Positions 1-12,900 of a stretch of 64,000 bases of DNA are shown one piece after another (position 1 is the stretch's first letter; each line of letters opens with the position of its first letter). The stretch is taken from NCBI RefSeq assembly GCF_006345805.1, contig NW_021834004.1:1026-65025 (forward strand), written 5' to 3'. The notes under the pieces were generated by a model. That model saw only the letters and a list, made by a program, of their open reading frames with translations. It did no database searches and was not told the DNA's origin. The DNA is from Octopus sinensis. Taxonomy: Eukaryota. A program made the position numbers and the translations under genes.

Positions 1-39
<39 letters not shown>

Positions 40-115
40 CATATATATATTATATATATATATATATATGTATATATATGTGTGTTGTGTGTGTGTATGT
101 ATGTATACACATACA
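1..115. repeat. (TA)n/(TG)n/(TATG)n microsatellite
   Basis: Simple repeats visible directly. Confidence 0.95.
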
Positions 116-116
116 T

Positions 117-298
117 AGGAGTGGCTGCGTGGTGAGTAGCTTGCTTACCAGCCACATTGTTCCGGGTCCAGTCCCACTACGTTGGAACCTTCGGCAAGAG
201 TCTTCTATTAGAGCTTCGGGTCCACCAAGGCCTTGTGAGTGGATTTGGTAGACGGAAACTGAAAGAAGCTCGTCCTATATATCTATATATCTATATAT

Positions 299-341
<43 letters not shown>

Positions 342-652
342 ATATATAATATATATATATGCATGCATATATGTATGTATGCATGTATGTATTGTATATA
401 TGTATGTATGTATGTAATGTACGTATGTATGAGTGTGTATGTTTGTGTGTCTGTGCGTTGTCCCCCCTCCCCACCAACATCGCTTGACAACCGATGCTGG
501 TGTGTTGACGCCCCAGTAACTTAGCGTTTCGGCAAAAGAAACAGATAGAATAAGTACTAGGCTTACAAAAGATAGGTCCTGGGGTCGATTTGCTCGACTA
601 AAGGCGGTGCTCCAGCCTGGCCGCAGTCAAATGACTGAAACAAGTAAAAGAA
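117..652 (+). mobile_element. tRNA-derived SINE family A, with internal microsatellite (~276-450)
   Basis: A/B-box-like head (GGAGTGGCTGCGTGGT...GGGTCCAGTCCC), body ...GACGGAAACTGAAAGAAG, tail ...GGCCGCAGTCAAATGACTGAAACAAGTAAAAG. The same layout recurs at 16110, 19514, 46545, 55543 and 56733. Confidence 0.85.
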
Positions 653-1014
653 TACACACATACATACGCATACATACATACATACATACATACATACATA
701 CATACATACATACATACATACATACATACACGGCACTGCCGAGATGCCGAAACCGTAGTGATATCCGTTCGAGAATAGATGATGAGGATATATGTTTGGT
801 ATGCTTGTTGAGTGTGAATAGCTTAATTCTACGTTGCCCTTCATTCTCCTTAAGATTGAACTCGTCAGAAGGTTCGTCGTTTGTGATACTTTCTTCTTTG
901 CATTATTACAGATGCTGATATTGCATGATCGTCTTCATTGGTAGTCTTATCAGGGTGGATAAATCTGAGAGGTTTTTTTTACATTGGTGGTGCTTGTGAT
1001 ATATATATATATGT

Positions 1015-1187
1015 GTCGTTGCGTTCTGAGTTTAAATTCCGCCGAGGTCGACTTTGCCTTTCATCCTTTCGGGGTCGATAAATTAAGTACCAGTTACGCA
1101 CTGGGGTCGATGTAATCGACTTAATCCCTTTGTCTGTCCTTGTTTGTCCCCTCTATGTTTAGCCCCTTGTGGGCAATAAAGAAACAG

Positions 1188-1188
<1 letters not shown>
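1015..1188 (+). mobile_element. SINE family B, 5'-truncated
   Basis: GTCGACTTTGCCTTTCATCCTTTCGGGGTCGAT body and TTTGTCCCCTCT...AGCCCCTTGTGGGCAATAAAGAAA tail, shared with copies at 2254, 33060, 40565, 49060 and 63171. Confidence 0.9.
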
Positions 1189-1261
<73 letters not shown>

Positions 1262-2253
1262 GTATGTGCGTGTGTGTGTGTGTGTGTGAGTGTGTGTAAG
1301 TTTCAGCGCGCATGCGCCCAAATACACAGATACACTCACACACGTATTCATGTTGTTACTCAGTCGCATGTTTGCTCACTCGCAATTTCGCACATATGCA
1401 TTAACAGACGCATGCATAAATAGGTTTCTTTGCACACACACACACACACACACACATATATACACATGCACGCGCGCACACGCACACACCTACACACACT
1501 CGAGCACACACACACACACAAACACACACGCACACGCACCCACACATACATGTCAACCTCTGCTGATGTCACTTAGCAACCAATGATATAAGACCAACAC
1601 ACTCAAACAGGCTCCTTACTGCAATTCGATCATAATCACAACTTAATCTCCAATAAAGGGATAATCGCTTAGCCGGCTACTAACATCACAGGATAGAGAT
1701 AATGTACCGTTTCCATAGTAACCCAACATATCAAGTACCCCCATAATGCATCAGTCACGCTAGGCTTTAGTTCCCAGTGAGCAGTACCGCCATTCTGCTT
1801 TGTATTGATTTTGGAATTAGTAAAAAATAGAATACAATAAATGGGGAAAAAAAACATGAAATAAAAGCAAGATGAGAAATTCCCTCAGGGCGCGTGGATC
1901 TCAGTGGTTAGTAGAATAACTATTAGACGTCCCTAACGACTTTTCTAGAAGATAGGATTAAAGTCTTTGGAACTCCAAAATTACGTGTACTTAGACGGTT
2001 CGGTTGCAGTAATTTATTACCAATAGTTTAATTCAATGTAATTATACACGACTTGTAGAACGAGAAAATTAAGAACATTTATTTCGTGGGATTTGAACCA
2101 GTATATTTAAATAGCCAGATTTTCAACAATAAAACCGCTGGACCAACGAAACTACACTAGAATATTGAAAGTCTCATTCATGGACTTTGTAGAAAAATCG
2201 GGAAATACAATGGCAAGTTAAATATTTCTTAGAAACAACTCAACTACGCTACC

Positions 2254-2495
2254 TATTTCTTTACTACCCACAAGGGGCTACACACAGAGGGGACAAACAA
2301 AGACGGACAAACGGATTAAGTCGATTATATCGACCCCAGTGCGTAACTGGTACTTAATTTGTTGACCCTGAAAGGATGAAAGGATGAAAGGCAAAGTCGA
2401 CCTAGGCGGAATTTGAACTCAGAACGTAACGGCAGACGAAATACGGCTACGCATTTTGCCCGGCGTGCTAACGTTTCTGCCAGCTCGCCACCTTT
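2254..2495 (-). mobile_element. SINE family B, full length
   Basis: tRNA-like head GGTGGCGAGCTGGCAGAAACGTTAG...GAGTTCAAATTCC; 17-bp direct repeat AACTCAACTACGCTACC at 2237-2253 and 2496-2512. Confidence 0.93.
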
Positions 2496-2949
2496 AACTC
2501 AACTACGCTACCCTCATTTCGTACAATCTTACAATTTGATGCGTTACTTTCCAAAGTATTGAACAGTCAGCATGTCTGTCTTTATTTTATGTATTTTGTT
2601 ACAAATATTTAAACCTATTAAAGTTATTGTTGTCGTTGTTTATAAGGCTCAAACAATGCATCGGTGGATTGTTTCTCATGCTGGTGATCGGAAATTCCAA
2701 TAAAACGTTTATCATTTTGTTTGTTTTGGGTTATAGGATGGTTCAGTATTCAACTATTTCCTTCTGTGTGGGGGCAGGGGGGGAGCATTTTTTAAATCTT
2801 TAAACTGTCATGTTTCATCAAATTTTATTTACAAGATATATTTAATTGCTAATTTGCAAATCATTATGTCGATAAATAGATTAGATCGTTACGAATATTT
2901 TTTTGCTAATTGTCTACTTTGTTACATAGTTTCTACACACGAAACAACT

Positions 2950-3153
2950 CTTTCCAGTGCCTGAATTTTTGAAAGGAGGGGCTGGTCAACGACATCGACC
3001 TAGTATTTCACTGGTACATTATTTTATCGCTCACAAAATTATGAAAGGCAATGATGACCTAGGCAGTATTTGAACTCAAAATGTAAAGTGTCGGAAAGAA
3101 TGCCGCCAAGCATTTTGTTCGATGCGCTTACGATTCAGTTACATTGCTGCCTT
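2950..3153 (-). mobile_element. Old diverged SINE-B-related copy
   Basis: Degenerate ATGAAAGGCAA...GACCT...ATTTGAACTCA and head similarity. Confidence 0.65.
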
Positions 3154-3249
3154 AATTGGTCTGAAATAATGGCAATAACGACAAGACGCGTTAGACGGAA
3201 ATATTCTGAAGTTCATAAGAATTAAGATTTATTTATCAAGAAAAAAGAG

Positions 3250-4800
3250 GGCTGAATGGATGTTCTACAAAATGTGACTTGTTTTAATATTTGAGGCAAT
3301 TGTTCCCTGAAACAAAATAAATTCGAATCACATCTGGAAAGTATCGCTCTAACTTAGTTTTTTAAAGACTGATTATCTCTGAGGCGGCAACGCCTCAACA
3401 CAAAAGAGACATTTAATGAAAGGTCAAGTAACGTTAGGCATGCCTCCTATAAGCCAAGAAACGTCATTTAATTGTAGAATAACTTATTTTACTCTGTCCA
3501 AAAGAAATGAAGTTGTATGCTGTTGGTGAAAAAGTAGCAGCAAGGAAGTCAATGTGTCTATCACCAACGACACGATAGATTCCTACAAATGCCAGGAAAC
3601 TTATGTCACTAGGCTGTAAGTGAAGTCTCCGACCAGACAGGTGATCAGATCGTTTGATGTTTCAATGTCCTGTCGACTAGTAGTGTTTATATGACTTTGA
3701 CGGAGATTTTGTGAGACTACATAAATGCCAACAAAAACTCAAGCTATGTTGGAAATAGTTAACATTACAACTTAAGTGGATTGTCTCAAACGGAATAATC
3801 TTGTTGGTGTTAGATTTGATGGTACATCTGTCATACTGGATACATTAATGGAAGAGCATACTCCAGTGTTACGCTGTCTCCATTCTTTTATTTAAATTGG
3901 GGGATAGACACCAAAAATCAAACGTAAAATAACTGAAAACAGCCACTTGGTGAAGCTGATCAAATGTGTCGAATCATCGGCTTCTAATACTAAACTCTTC
4001 AAACACCTTCGACAAGACTAAACATGGATTCTGATTTGGTTATGTTGTTGTTATAAACTTTTGCTCGCTGGTTGTCACCAGTAAAAGTAGCCAGTCAGGC
4101 TTTCAAATTGAAGCAATAACGGGAGTCATTACTCCACGACGAAAATCAAAATGAATACTAAAATATCCTAAATCACTGAAAATGTGGAACTTCTAAATCC
4201 AGTGGCTATATTCGGAATTTTAAACAGGCTGAATATTCAGTTACAAGGAAAAGGTGCAAATTTGGTCTTTTATCAAGCCGTAATCAGAGCGTTTCTTGAA
4301 ATGTTCAAATTCTGCATTCTGCGATATGAAGATATAAATTTCGTTCAAACGTCATGTCATAATGCAATGTCTAGAAAAGAAAAAAAAAACGGAGTGTATT
4401 CGAAATGAAATCAACATTAAAAGGAAAAACAAACTCTTTGATGAAATCAAATATGATTTCCCGGCTTTGGACATGATAATGAATGAGTAATCCATCACCA
4501 GATATACTTTTACTTCAAATATGACCGCTGCTCAATCATTTGCTCAAGCATTCCACTGCAAGTGAAATGTTTTTGGCGAGCATGTATATAAGCGTAATAC
4601 AAAAATCTCTCAACGCATGCATTAAGATGTCTTCTGCCATTTGCATCAACTTACATGTGTGAAAGTGGTTTTCCATGCTTCATGCAAATTAAATCCAAAC
4701 AGAGAATCTTCTTACAGTTTAAAACGATATTCGTTGTGCACTTTCAAGTACCACAGCAAACATTGAAACTTTCGTCAACGTTAAAAGAATTCAAAGATCA
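3250..4800 (+). mobile_element. hAT (Charlie/ZBED-like) transposase remnant
   Basis: Fragmented motifs across frames: NLVGV..DGTSV, RWLS, IFGILNRLNIQLQGK, LLPFASTYMCESGF..MQIKSKQR (hAT dimerisation-type end). Confidence 0.8.
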
Positions 4801-4978
4801 TCTTTTAGTGAAAACACTGACAACAAATACAATTTATACACTCGACAGTTGGTCTATCTTGTTTTCTTCTCAATAGAATCATCGAAATAATTTCTTTTTG
4901 TCGCTTTACTTTTATTATAGAAATGTGTGTTAAAAACGTACATACCATAAATGCACACGCACAACACACACACCACAC

Positions 4979-5019
<41 letters not shown>

Positions 5020-5424
5020 ACATACACGCACATATACATACGCATATGTGAATTACTTGCTCACTGAATTTGTATGGAAGAAACGGAGAATTCCACAGAC
5101 AGGTGTACTATTGAGGTAAACTAAAGACAATACCGCCGTGATACACTGCGTCACGTGTGACAGAATTACGCTTGTGACTGACAGTCGCAATCGATCCGAA
5201 GTGTTTGCCCCCATTTCCCACAAGCCCAGCTTCATTCTCGAGGTTTGATTCGATCAGATGCACGAGTAAAAGATACTTATTCAAGATGCTATGCAGTAGG
5301 GTCAGCCCCGCGATTTGTATGCATGTATGTATGTATGCATTGTTATATGTATGTATGCATGTTTGTATGTATGTATGTATACATGCATAGAGAGAGAGAA
5401 AAGGGGAGAGAGGAGATAGAATGA

Positions 5425-5865
<441 letters not shown>

Positions 5866-5939
5866 AGAAATATGTTTTAAAGTATTTTTGTATATTCAAT
5901 ATTGTTTTATATCCTCAATCGAAAGTTCGTTTTCGTCAC

Positions 5940-7050
5940 TCAAGTTCTTCTAATCTTCATGCAAGATCAAGTAGTGGCACGAAAGCAAGAATGTGAAACG
6001 ATTAAAAAGGTAAATAGGAGCATGTTCCTTATTTTCAGTGGACGAATTCTGTAGTAATAAAGTCAGAATTTAACATTTTCCGTTTCGAAGGTCGAATGTT
6101 TAGTGACAAAAATATATTTTTGATTTAACCATCCGACCGCAATCATGCACCAAATCCAACATGCAATGGAGCATGAAAAGCCTTGATACTGATGATTCAA
6201 CGAGATCCAGATGATTCTGGAAGTGATTGTCTTATATACATATCACATAAAATAAGGGATTGAGAGAGGATGGGGAAATGGGATTTTCATTTTTATATCC
6301 CCCAAAAATCGAAACTTTTTCGAAATTGATTGGTTTCGTTATGGAACATTTTATAGTGCTCCAGCTGGTCATCGGTTATGTACTATTCGTGCTCTTGTAA
6401 ACAGATCTCACATTGTCTCTTTGTTGTCTCATTAAAAATCCAAATGAACCTATAATGAAATTCTGAGAATTATTAGAACACAAAAAGCTCCTATTTCAAT
6501 TGAGACTCTCACCATTGACTTTCAAATGGTTCCATCAAATGGCTCCTTTGCAAATCACTTCCGTGCGGTATTTATTTTATACTGGTTATTTTCTTTTCCT
6601 TGTTTACTTTCTGTTTTTTTACGGTCAATGTTGTTATCGTAAAATTCAGACGAAGATAAACATTTGCTTGAAGCGTTCCAAGACTATTTCGACTCCACGT
6701 GGATCGTGCCTGTAAGATGTGGAAGACATCGACAACCAGATTGCCAGTATGGTGTTGGAATGTATTTGAATGCGTGCAAAATAATTTGCCACATACTAAA
6801 AATACTATTGAAGTTTTGGCACAACGTATTTGCCAAACGTATTGACATTACTCATCCGACATTACGTAAACACGTACAATAAATGAAATACTAGCAAGGT
6901 GCAAACGAGGACGTTATCCAACAACTGAGTTGGTGGTGTTCATCGCCCTCCAGAAAAATAAAGAGATTAGAAAGTTTTAAACAAATGTGCATGTAAGTGA
7001 ATGTTAGACGATAATGATGAAAGGGTCATCTGCCATCTTATAAAAGCGGA
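5940..7050 (+). mobile_element. Mutator (MULE) transposase remnant
   Basis: Degenerate motifs: NHAPNP (FLYWCH-like), WF.YGTFYSAP...LCTI (DGTF motif), TIDFQM..N (DFE motif), FQDYFDSTWI, WHNVFAKRIDITHPTL. Confidence 0.7.
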
Positions 7051-7113
7051 ACAAGTAAAAAAAATGTTTAAATCTTCCCTTTCTTTAGAATTGAGTTTTG
7101 TTTTTGTTTTTTA

Positions 7114-7499
7114 TCTTTATATATAAAAGTGAAGTTGTGTGTCTGTCTCCTACGATTTAGATTCCTAACTACTCCCACGTTTTGCGGTGCAGTTTAACCA
7201 AAACCGGGTATCTTATAGTCGTGATTCATATCGAGCCCTTCTGGGTATTAGCGCGCGTCTACGATGAGTCTACGATTTAAGAAAAAATTTACCATCATTT
7301 TTTTCCATTTTAATGCATTTTTTCGCTATTATATAAGGGAAGTAACTCTCTAAAAATGTCTACGATGAGTCAACGATATTTAAAAAAATTTACCATCATT
7401 TTTTCCCATTTATTTGCTATCTTTTGGCTATAACTCTCTAAAAATGCTTATATAGTTATCTCCCTTACAAACCCGAGCAACGCCGGGCGATACGGCTAG
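7114..7499 (+). mobile_element. Non-autonomous Helitron
   Basis: Starts A|TC, ends CTAG|T, subterminal hairpin CCCGAGCAACGCCGGG, no TSD; a second copy lies at 57933-58482. Confidence 0.88.
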
Positions 7500-8127
7500 T
7501 TTTATATAAAAAAAAAAAACTAATTCTATACTTGAAATTGTTCATTAGTTATAATTATTTTACAAAACAATATTTTTATGAAATTTACCGATGTAAATTT
7601 GTTTTGATTCATACTAGCTAACTGCTATCTATTGACATTTAGTCAATATCTCCAATCTATATCCGTCGTTTTATATGATAGATTAGTCTATATTTCAAAT
7701 TGTTCTATAGTTATAAATATTTTACGAAATAGTACTACTACAAAAACCAGCCTTTGAAAAATATAGGAAAATTCTTCTTTGGCCGATCGATGAGAAGCCG
7801 TTTGGGTAAAATTGTCGTTTCGATTTTTAAAAAATCGTCCGATTAAGAGTCATTCAACAAAAAGGTCGCGGTAGGAGCGAGCACGTAGGTGCACCTACAT
7901 TTGCCGTGAGGCATTTAAAGGACTTCTCGGTGTTATCTCGTGAATACTCTGCTTTTGTGCAGAAATGAGATCAGACTTAAGTTCACATCAAAGTGGCCCC
8001 AAGATACATTCCTTTGAACAGATATCATTAATACTTATACGTGTGTGAATGTATGCATGCGTGTGTGTATATATGTGTGTGTGTATGTGTGTGTAATATA
8101 ATATAATATATTTTATTATAATTTATA

Positions 8128-8289
<162 letters not shown>

Positions 8290-9578
8290 CGTTTCTTTAT
8301 TGGCCACACAGGGCTACACACAGATGGGACAAATTACAAGGTAGAGCTTTTCTTTTGGGGGTGAAAAAAAAAAGTGGCGTAGGTGTTCGATCAAAAGGGA
8401 TCGTAAAAGGGAAAAAAGAAAAAAAAGGAAAAGAAACAAAGGAAAGGAAAAAAAGAAAAAGAAGAAAAAAGAGGGAAAAAACGATGAATAGGGATCGTGT
8501 ATCACAGTGTCATGATGTACGGTGTAAAGGGGGAAACAGATAAGGTTTATCCGTGAGAAGAAAAGCCTACGAAAAAGACCACGGTAAAATCGGTCAATAT
8601 TGTTATATGTTACCACATTTGTTTGCAAGTGGGTAACCCTCTGTTTTCAATTTCTGGGTTCATAGGATTATGCTCAAGGTGGCTTCGTCATTCATACGTG
8701 CCATCCTTGCTACATTCACCCATCTTTTTTTAAAACATTCGCTAGACAAAACTTGCCTCTCTACTCTCACTTTCCTTTTCAAGTTTCCTTCTTCTACTTG
8801 AAGAAGTTGATGAGAGATTGCCCAGAGAGGAAAGTGTTTGTCTCCAATCCTTTCAGACGCGTCCACCAGATACATTATTTTGCCATAGCCACAAGGATGA
8901 TGAAAATAGCTCTTCCTTCCCGTTTGAAGGAAGGAGGCGTGAAAATATTGACGATAGACTCAGCTGATAAACCGACTCGTCCCACTCGTGACAGCAATTG
9001 TTCGACATAAGCCCACAGGTTGGAAATTGTTGGACACTGCATGAGTGCGTGCAGAACGGTTTCGTCGATCTGACCGCATCTCGGGCAGGTCGGCCCCGTG
9101 TTTCTCGAGCCGTGTCTGTAGAGCTTATCCCGAACGGGTAGCGCTTCTCGGTAGCACTGCCAGGCCAGGGATCTCTGGAAGTTGTCCATGGGCCCTGGCC
9201 CGAAAGTCGTCCCGAACAGGCGGGTCAGGTATTCCTCGTCGACGTCCAGGTTCGTCCCAAGCTCGTCGTCGTACCTCCCCTCCACTTATCCCCTATAGAA
9301 TGCTTGGGTTGTGATGGAGTCACTCAGGGTCGACCCGGGACGGCAAAGTTGCTTGAGAGCAACGCGACACTCGTGGTGCCATTCGCCCTTCCTCGGCCTC
9401 TTTTTGATCCACGACTGCAGTTCGGTCATGGAGACTAGCTGCGGGAAAGCGTGCCTCACAAACGGCGACCACACCTGTTCACCGTCGTCTACGAAAAGCC
9501 TGAGATGTCGCAGTCTCAGTGCGTGTCTGCGCATCATCAACCACGGCATGCCCAGTCCTCCTTTTAACGGGTGTTGAC

Positions 9579-9579
<1 letters not shown>
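8290..9579 (-). mobile_element. Tx1-clade LINE copy 1 (5'-truncated: ORF2 C-terminus plus 3' UTR)
   Basis: [13 protein letters not shown]...; CCHC knuckle CPRCGQIDETVLHALMQCP; F.KRW end; 3' end ...AGCCCTGTGTGGCCAATAAAGAAAC followed by (TATC)n. Confidence 0.92.
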
Positions 9580-9650
<71 letters not shown>

Positions 9651-9680
9651 GGATGGATGGATGGATGGATGGATAGATAA

Positions 9681-9714
<34 letters not shown>

Positions 9715-9791
9715 GGACGGACGGACGGACGGACGGACAGACAGACAGATAGATAGATAGATAGGTAGATAGATAGATAGATAGATAGATT

Positions 9792-9857
<66 letters not shown>

Positions 9858-9947
9858 TAGCTAGATAGATAGATAGATAGACAGACACACAGACAGACAG
9901 ATAGATAGAAAGACAGACAGACAGATAGACAGATAGACAGATAGATA
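9580..9947 (+). repeat. (GATA)/(GGAT)/(GACA)/(GACG) compound array between Tx1 copies
   Basis: Visible directly. Confidence 0.97.
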
Positions 9948-12900
9948 ACTTTCTTTTATTAGCCACACAGGGCTGAATACAGAGGGGACAAATACAAATG
10001 CAGAGCTTTTCTTTTCGAGGTGGAAAAAAAAAAAATGTAAGATTGCGATCAAAGGGATCGAGGGAGGAAAAAAGGAAAAAAGAAAATCGTGTATCACAGA
10101 AATAATGGTAAACATTGATATAACAAGATTGGGTTCATCCGTGGGAAGAAAAGACTACAGAAAAGACCACGGGAACCCCAGTCAGGGAGGAAATAAACAC
10201 ATGAGGTCAAAAATGCTCTCTTTCTTTCTTTTTTACGATCTACAGGATCATGCTCAAAATGGTTTCGTTACTAGCACGCACCATCTTTGCAACATTCACC
10301 CATCTTTTTTTGAATCTTTCGCGAGACAAAACTTCCCTCTCCATTCTCACCTTCCTTTTCAAGTGGTACTTGAAAAAGTTGATGAGCGATTGGCCAGAGA
10401 GGTAAGTGTTTGTCTCTAATCCTTTCGCTCGAGTCCACCACACCACATTCTTTCACCATGGCCACCAGTACGATGAAAACTGCCTTGCCTTCCCGGTTGA
10501 GGGAAGGGGGCGGAGCAATTCTCACGATAGACTCGGCCGATAGGCGGATTCGTCCCACACGTGACAGCAGCCGTTCGGCATAAGCCCACAGGTCGGAAAT
10601 GGTTGGACATTGCACGAGTGCGTGCAGAACGGTTTCGTCGCTCTGACCGCATCTCGGGCAAGTCGGTCCAGTGTGTCTGGAACCGTGTCTGTAGAGCTTA
10701 TCCCGAACAGGTAATGCTTCTCGATAGCACTGCCAGGCCAGAGATCTTTGGTGATTGTTCATAGGTCCCGGCCCGAAAGTTGTCCTGAACAGGCGGGTCA
10801 GGTGTTCCTCGTCGACGCCCAGACTCTGCCCGAGTTCGTCGTCGCACCTCCCCTCCACTAATCCTCTATAGAATGCTTTGTTGTGATGGAGTCGCACAAG
10901 TTCGATCCCGGACGGCAGAGTTGCTTGAGAGCAACGCGACACTCGCGGTGCCATTCGCCTAGCCTCGGTCTCTCTGCTTGATCCATGACTGTAGTTCGTC
11001 CAAGGAGACGAGCTGCGGGAAAGCGCGCCGCACAAAAGGCGACCACCCCTGTTCACCGTTGTCTATGAAGCGCCGGAGATGTCGCAGTCTCAGCGCATGT
11101 CTGCGCATCATCAACCACGGCATGCCCAGCCCTCCATTTAGCGGGTGTTGGCAGCAAATGGATCGCCTAACCATCGGAACGTTTCCCTTCCACAAGAAGC
11201 GGAAGAGTATGCGTTCCAGTTTGGTGATGGTAGGGTCGGGACAAGGCACGACGGTCAGACGATACTCGATGACGGATGCGATGTACGCGTTCGCCACCTC
11301 CGCCCGACCTTTTAGCGATAGCTTTCTCTCAGTCCATTTCTGGGTGAGAGAAGCCACCCTAGTCGTTATCTCGCCCCAGTTCTTCTCCATTTGGAGGTCC
11401 GGACCGAACCAGACCCCGAGCAATTTAACCGGTCCGTCCGTCCAGCGTCCCACGATGGAGACGCTGTTGGACGGCATGGGCTTGCTTCTCCAGGTGCCGA
11501 GCCGCAAGCCCACTGACTTTTCCCGGTTAATTTTTGCTCCCGTTACCGCTTCGTATTCTTTCAGTGTCTCGCCGACCAGCTCGATGTGCTCGTAGCTCGA
11601 CACTATGACGGTGACGTCATCCGCGTATGCAGACAGCTCATCCCGCATCCCAGCTCTCGTGGGATGCCCCTCAGCGTCGCCAGTTTCCGCAGTAGTGGCT
11701 CAGAGTCAGTACATACAGCAGCGATGAGAGGGGGCATCCCTGACGACCGAACGCATGATGTTAAAAGGTCTGGATAGATGACCATTTACGCGAACTACTG
11801 AGCGGATGCCGCTGTATAAGGCAGCGATCCAACCGCGGAAAACTGGACCGAAACCAGCCGCTTTGAGGACAGCCTCCAAGTAGTGATGGTCTATACCCTA
11901 TCGAAGGCTTTTGATTGATCCAAATTGATCAGCGCCCCACCCATGCCAGGATTTTAACTACCCGTCTATGATGTAGCGCCATCAGATGGAGGTTGTCATG
12001 AATAACTTCTCTACCCGCACGGCGCATGTTTGCGCCTTGTCGATTAGTTTCTTGATGACAAGCGCCAACCTCTCGGCTAACACCTTGGCCAAAATTTTCA
12101 AATCTGCGTTCAGCAGAGTGATGGGCCTGAAATTATCTATGACGTCCCCCTTGTTTGGGTCTTTCTTGATCAGTGCCACTGCTCCTCGCTTTACAAAAGC
12201 AGAATACTCCCGTTCTGCTGCCAGTTGCAGTAGACAGCTGCCAAGACGCCTCCAAACAAGTCTGGCATATGGAAATAAAATTCGTAGGGCAGACCATCCA
12301 AGCCTGGTGACTTGTCTCTCGCGCAGCCTACCATCGCATCCCTGTACATCCGCAGCTGTGATAGGCTTTTCACAAGACTCCACCTCCCTTGCTGAGAGTC
12401 GTGGCAAGGCATGCAGGTAGGCACTAAAGTCCACTCTGCTTTCTGACTCACCACTTGTCCCAAACAGTTGGGTGAAGTGTTGTTGAAAACCCCCACACAT
12501 CCTTTTAGGCTCGAGCAATTCGCGCCCCTGTTCATCTATAAGAGACTTGATGGTGGCTCTGTTGCCTCGTTGCGTCTCCACCACTCGGGCCTCTTGGGCG
12601 GCTCCAACTCCTTCGTTCCTCAGAGCACGCATCCTAGCTCTGACAACGCATCCCTCGTGTTTGGCGTTGAGGTGTTGGTCGAGGGCCAATCTCGCCGCCA
12701 GTACTTTGGACGCGATGCCAGTCTTAAGTGCCTCTTCTAAAACCTTAACTAATTCTCCCTCTATTCTATTTCGGTCTAATGCTAAGGCTCTACTGTATCT
12801 GGCTGATTCTGCTTTAATCGCTTTTTTTAGGGCATACCACCATCTGTTGTTGATGATGGTACCCGTCAAAGCTCTCTTACTAATGTGCTGATCCGGTCCC

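Noticed and set aside
10978-12891. Plus-strand ORFs of 114-205 aa overlapping the LINE
   Set aside because: Antisense shadows of the GC-richer ORF2.
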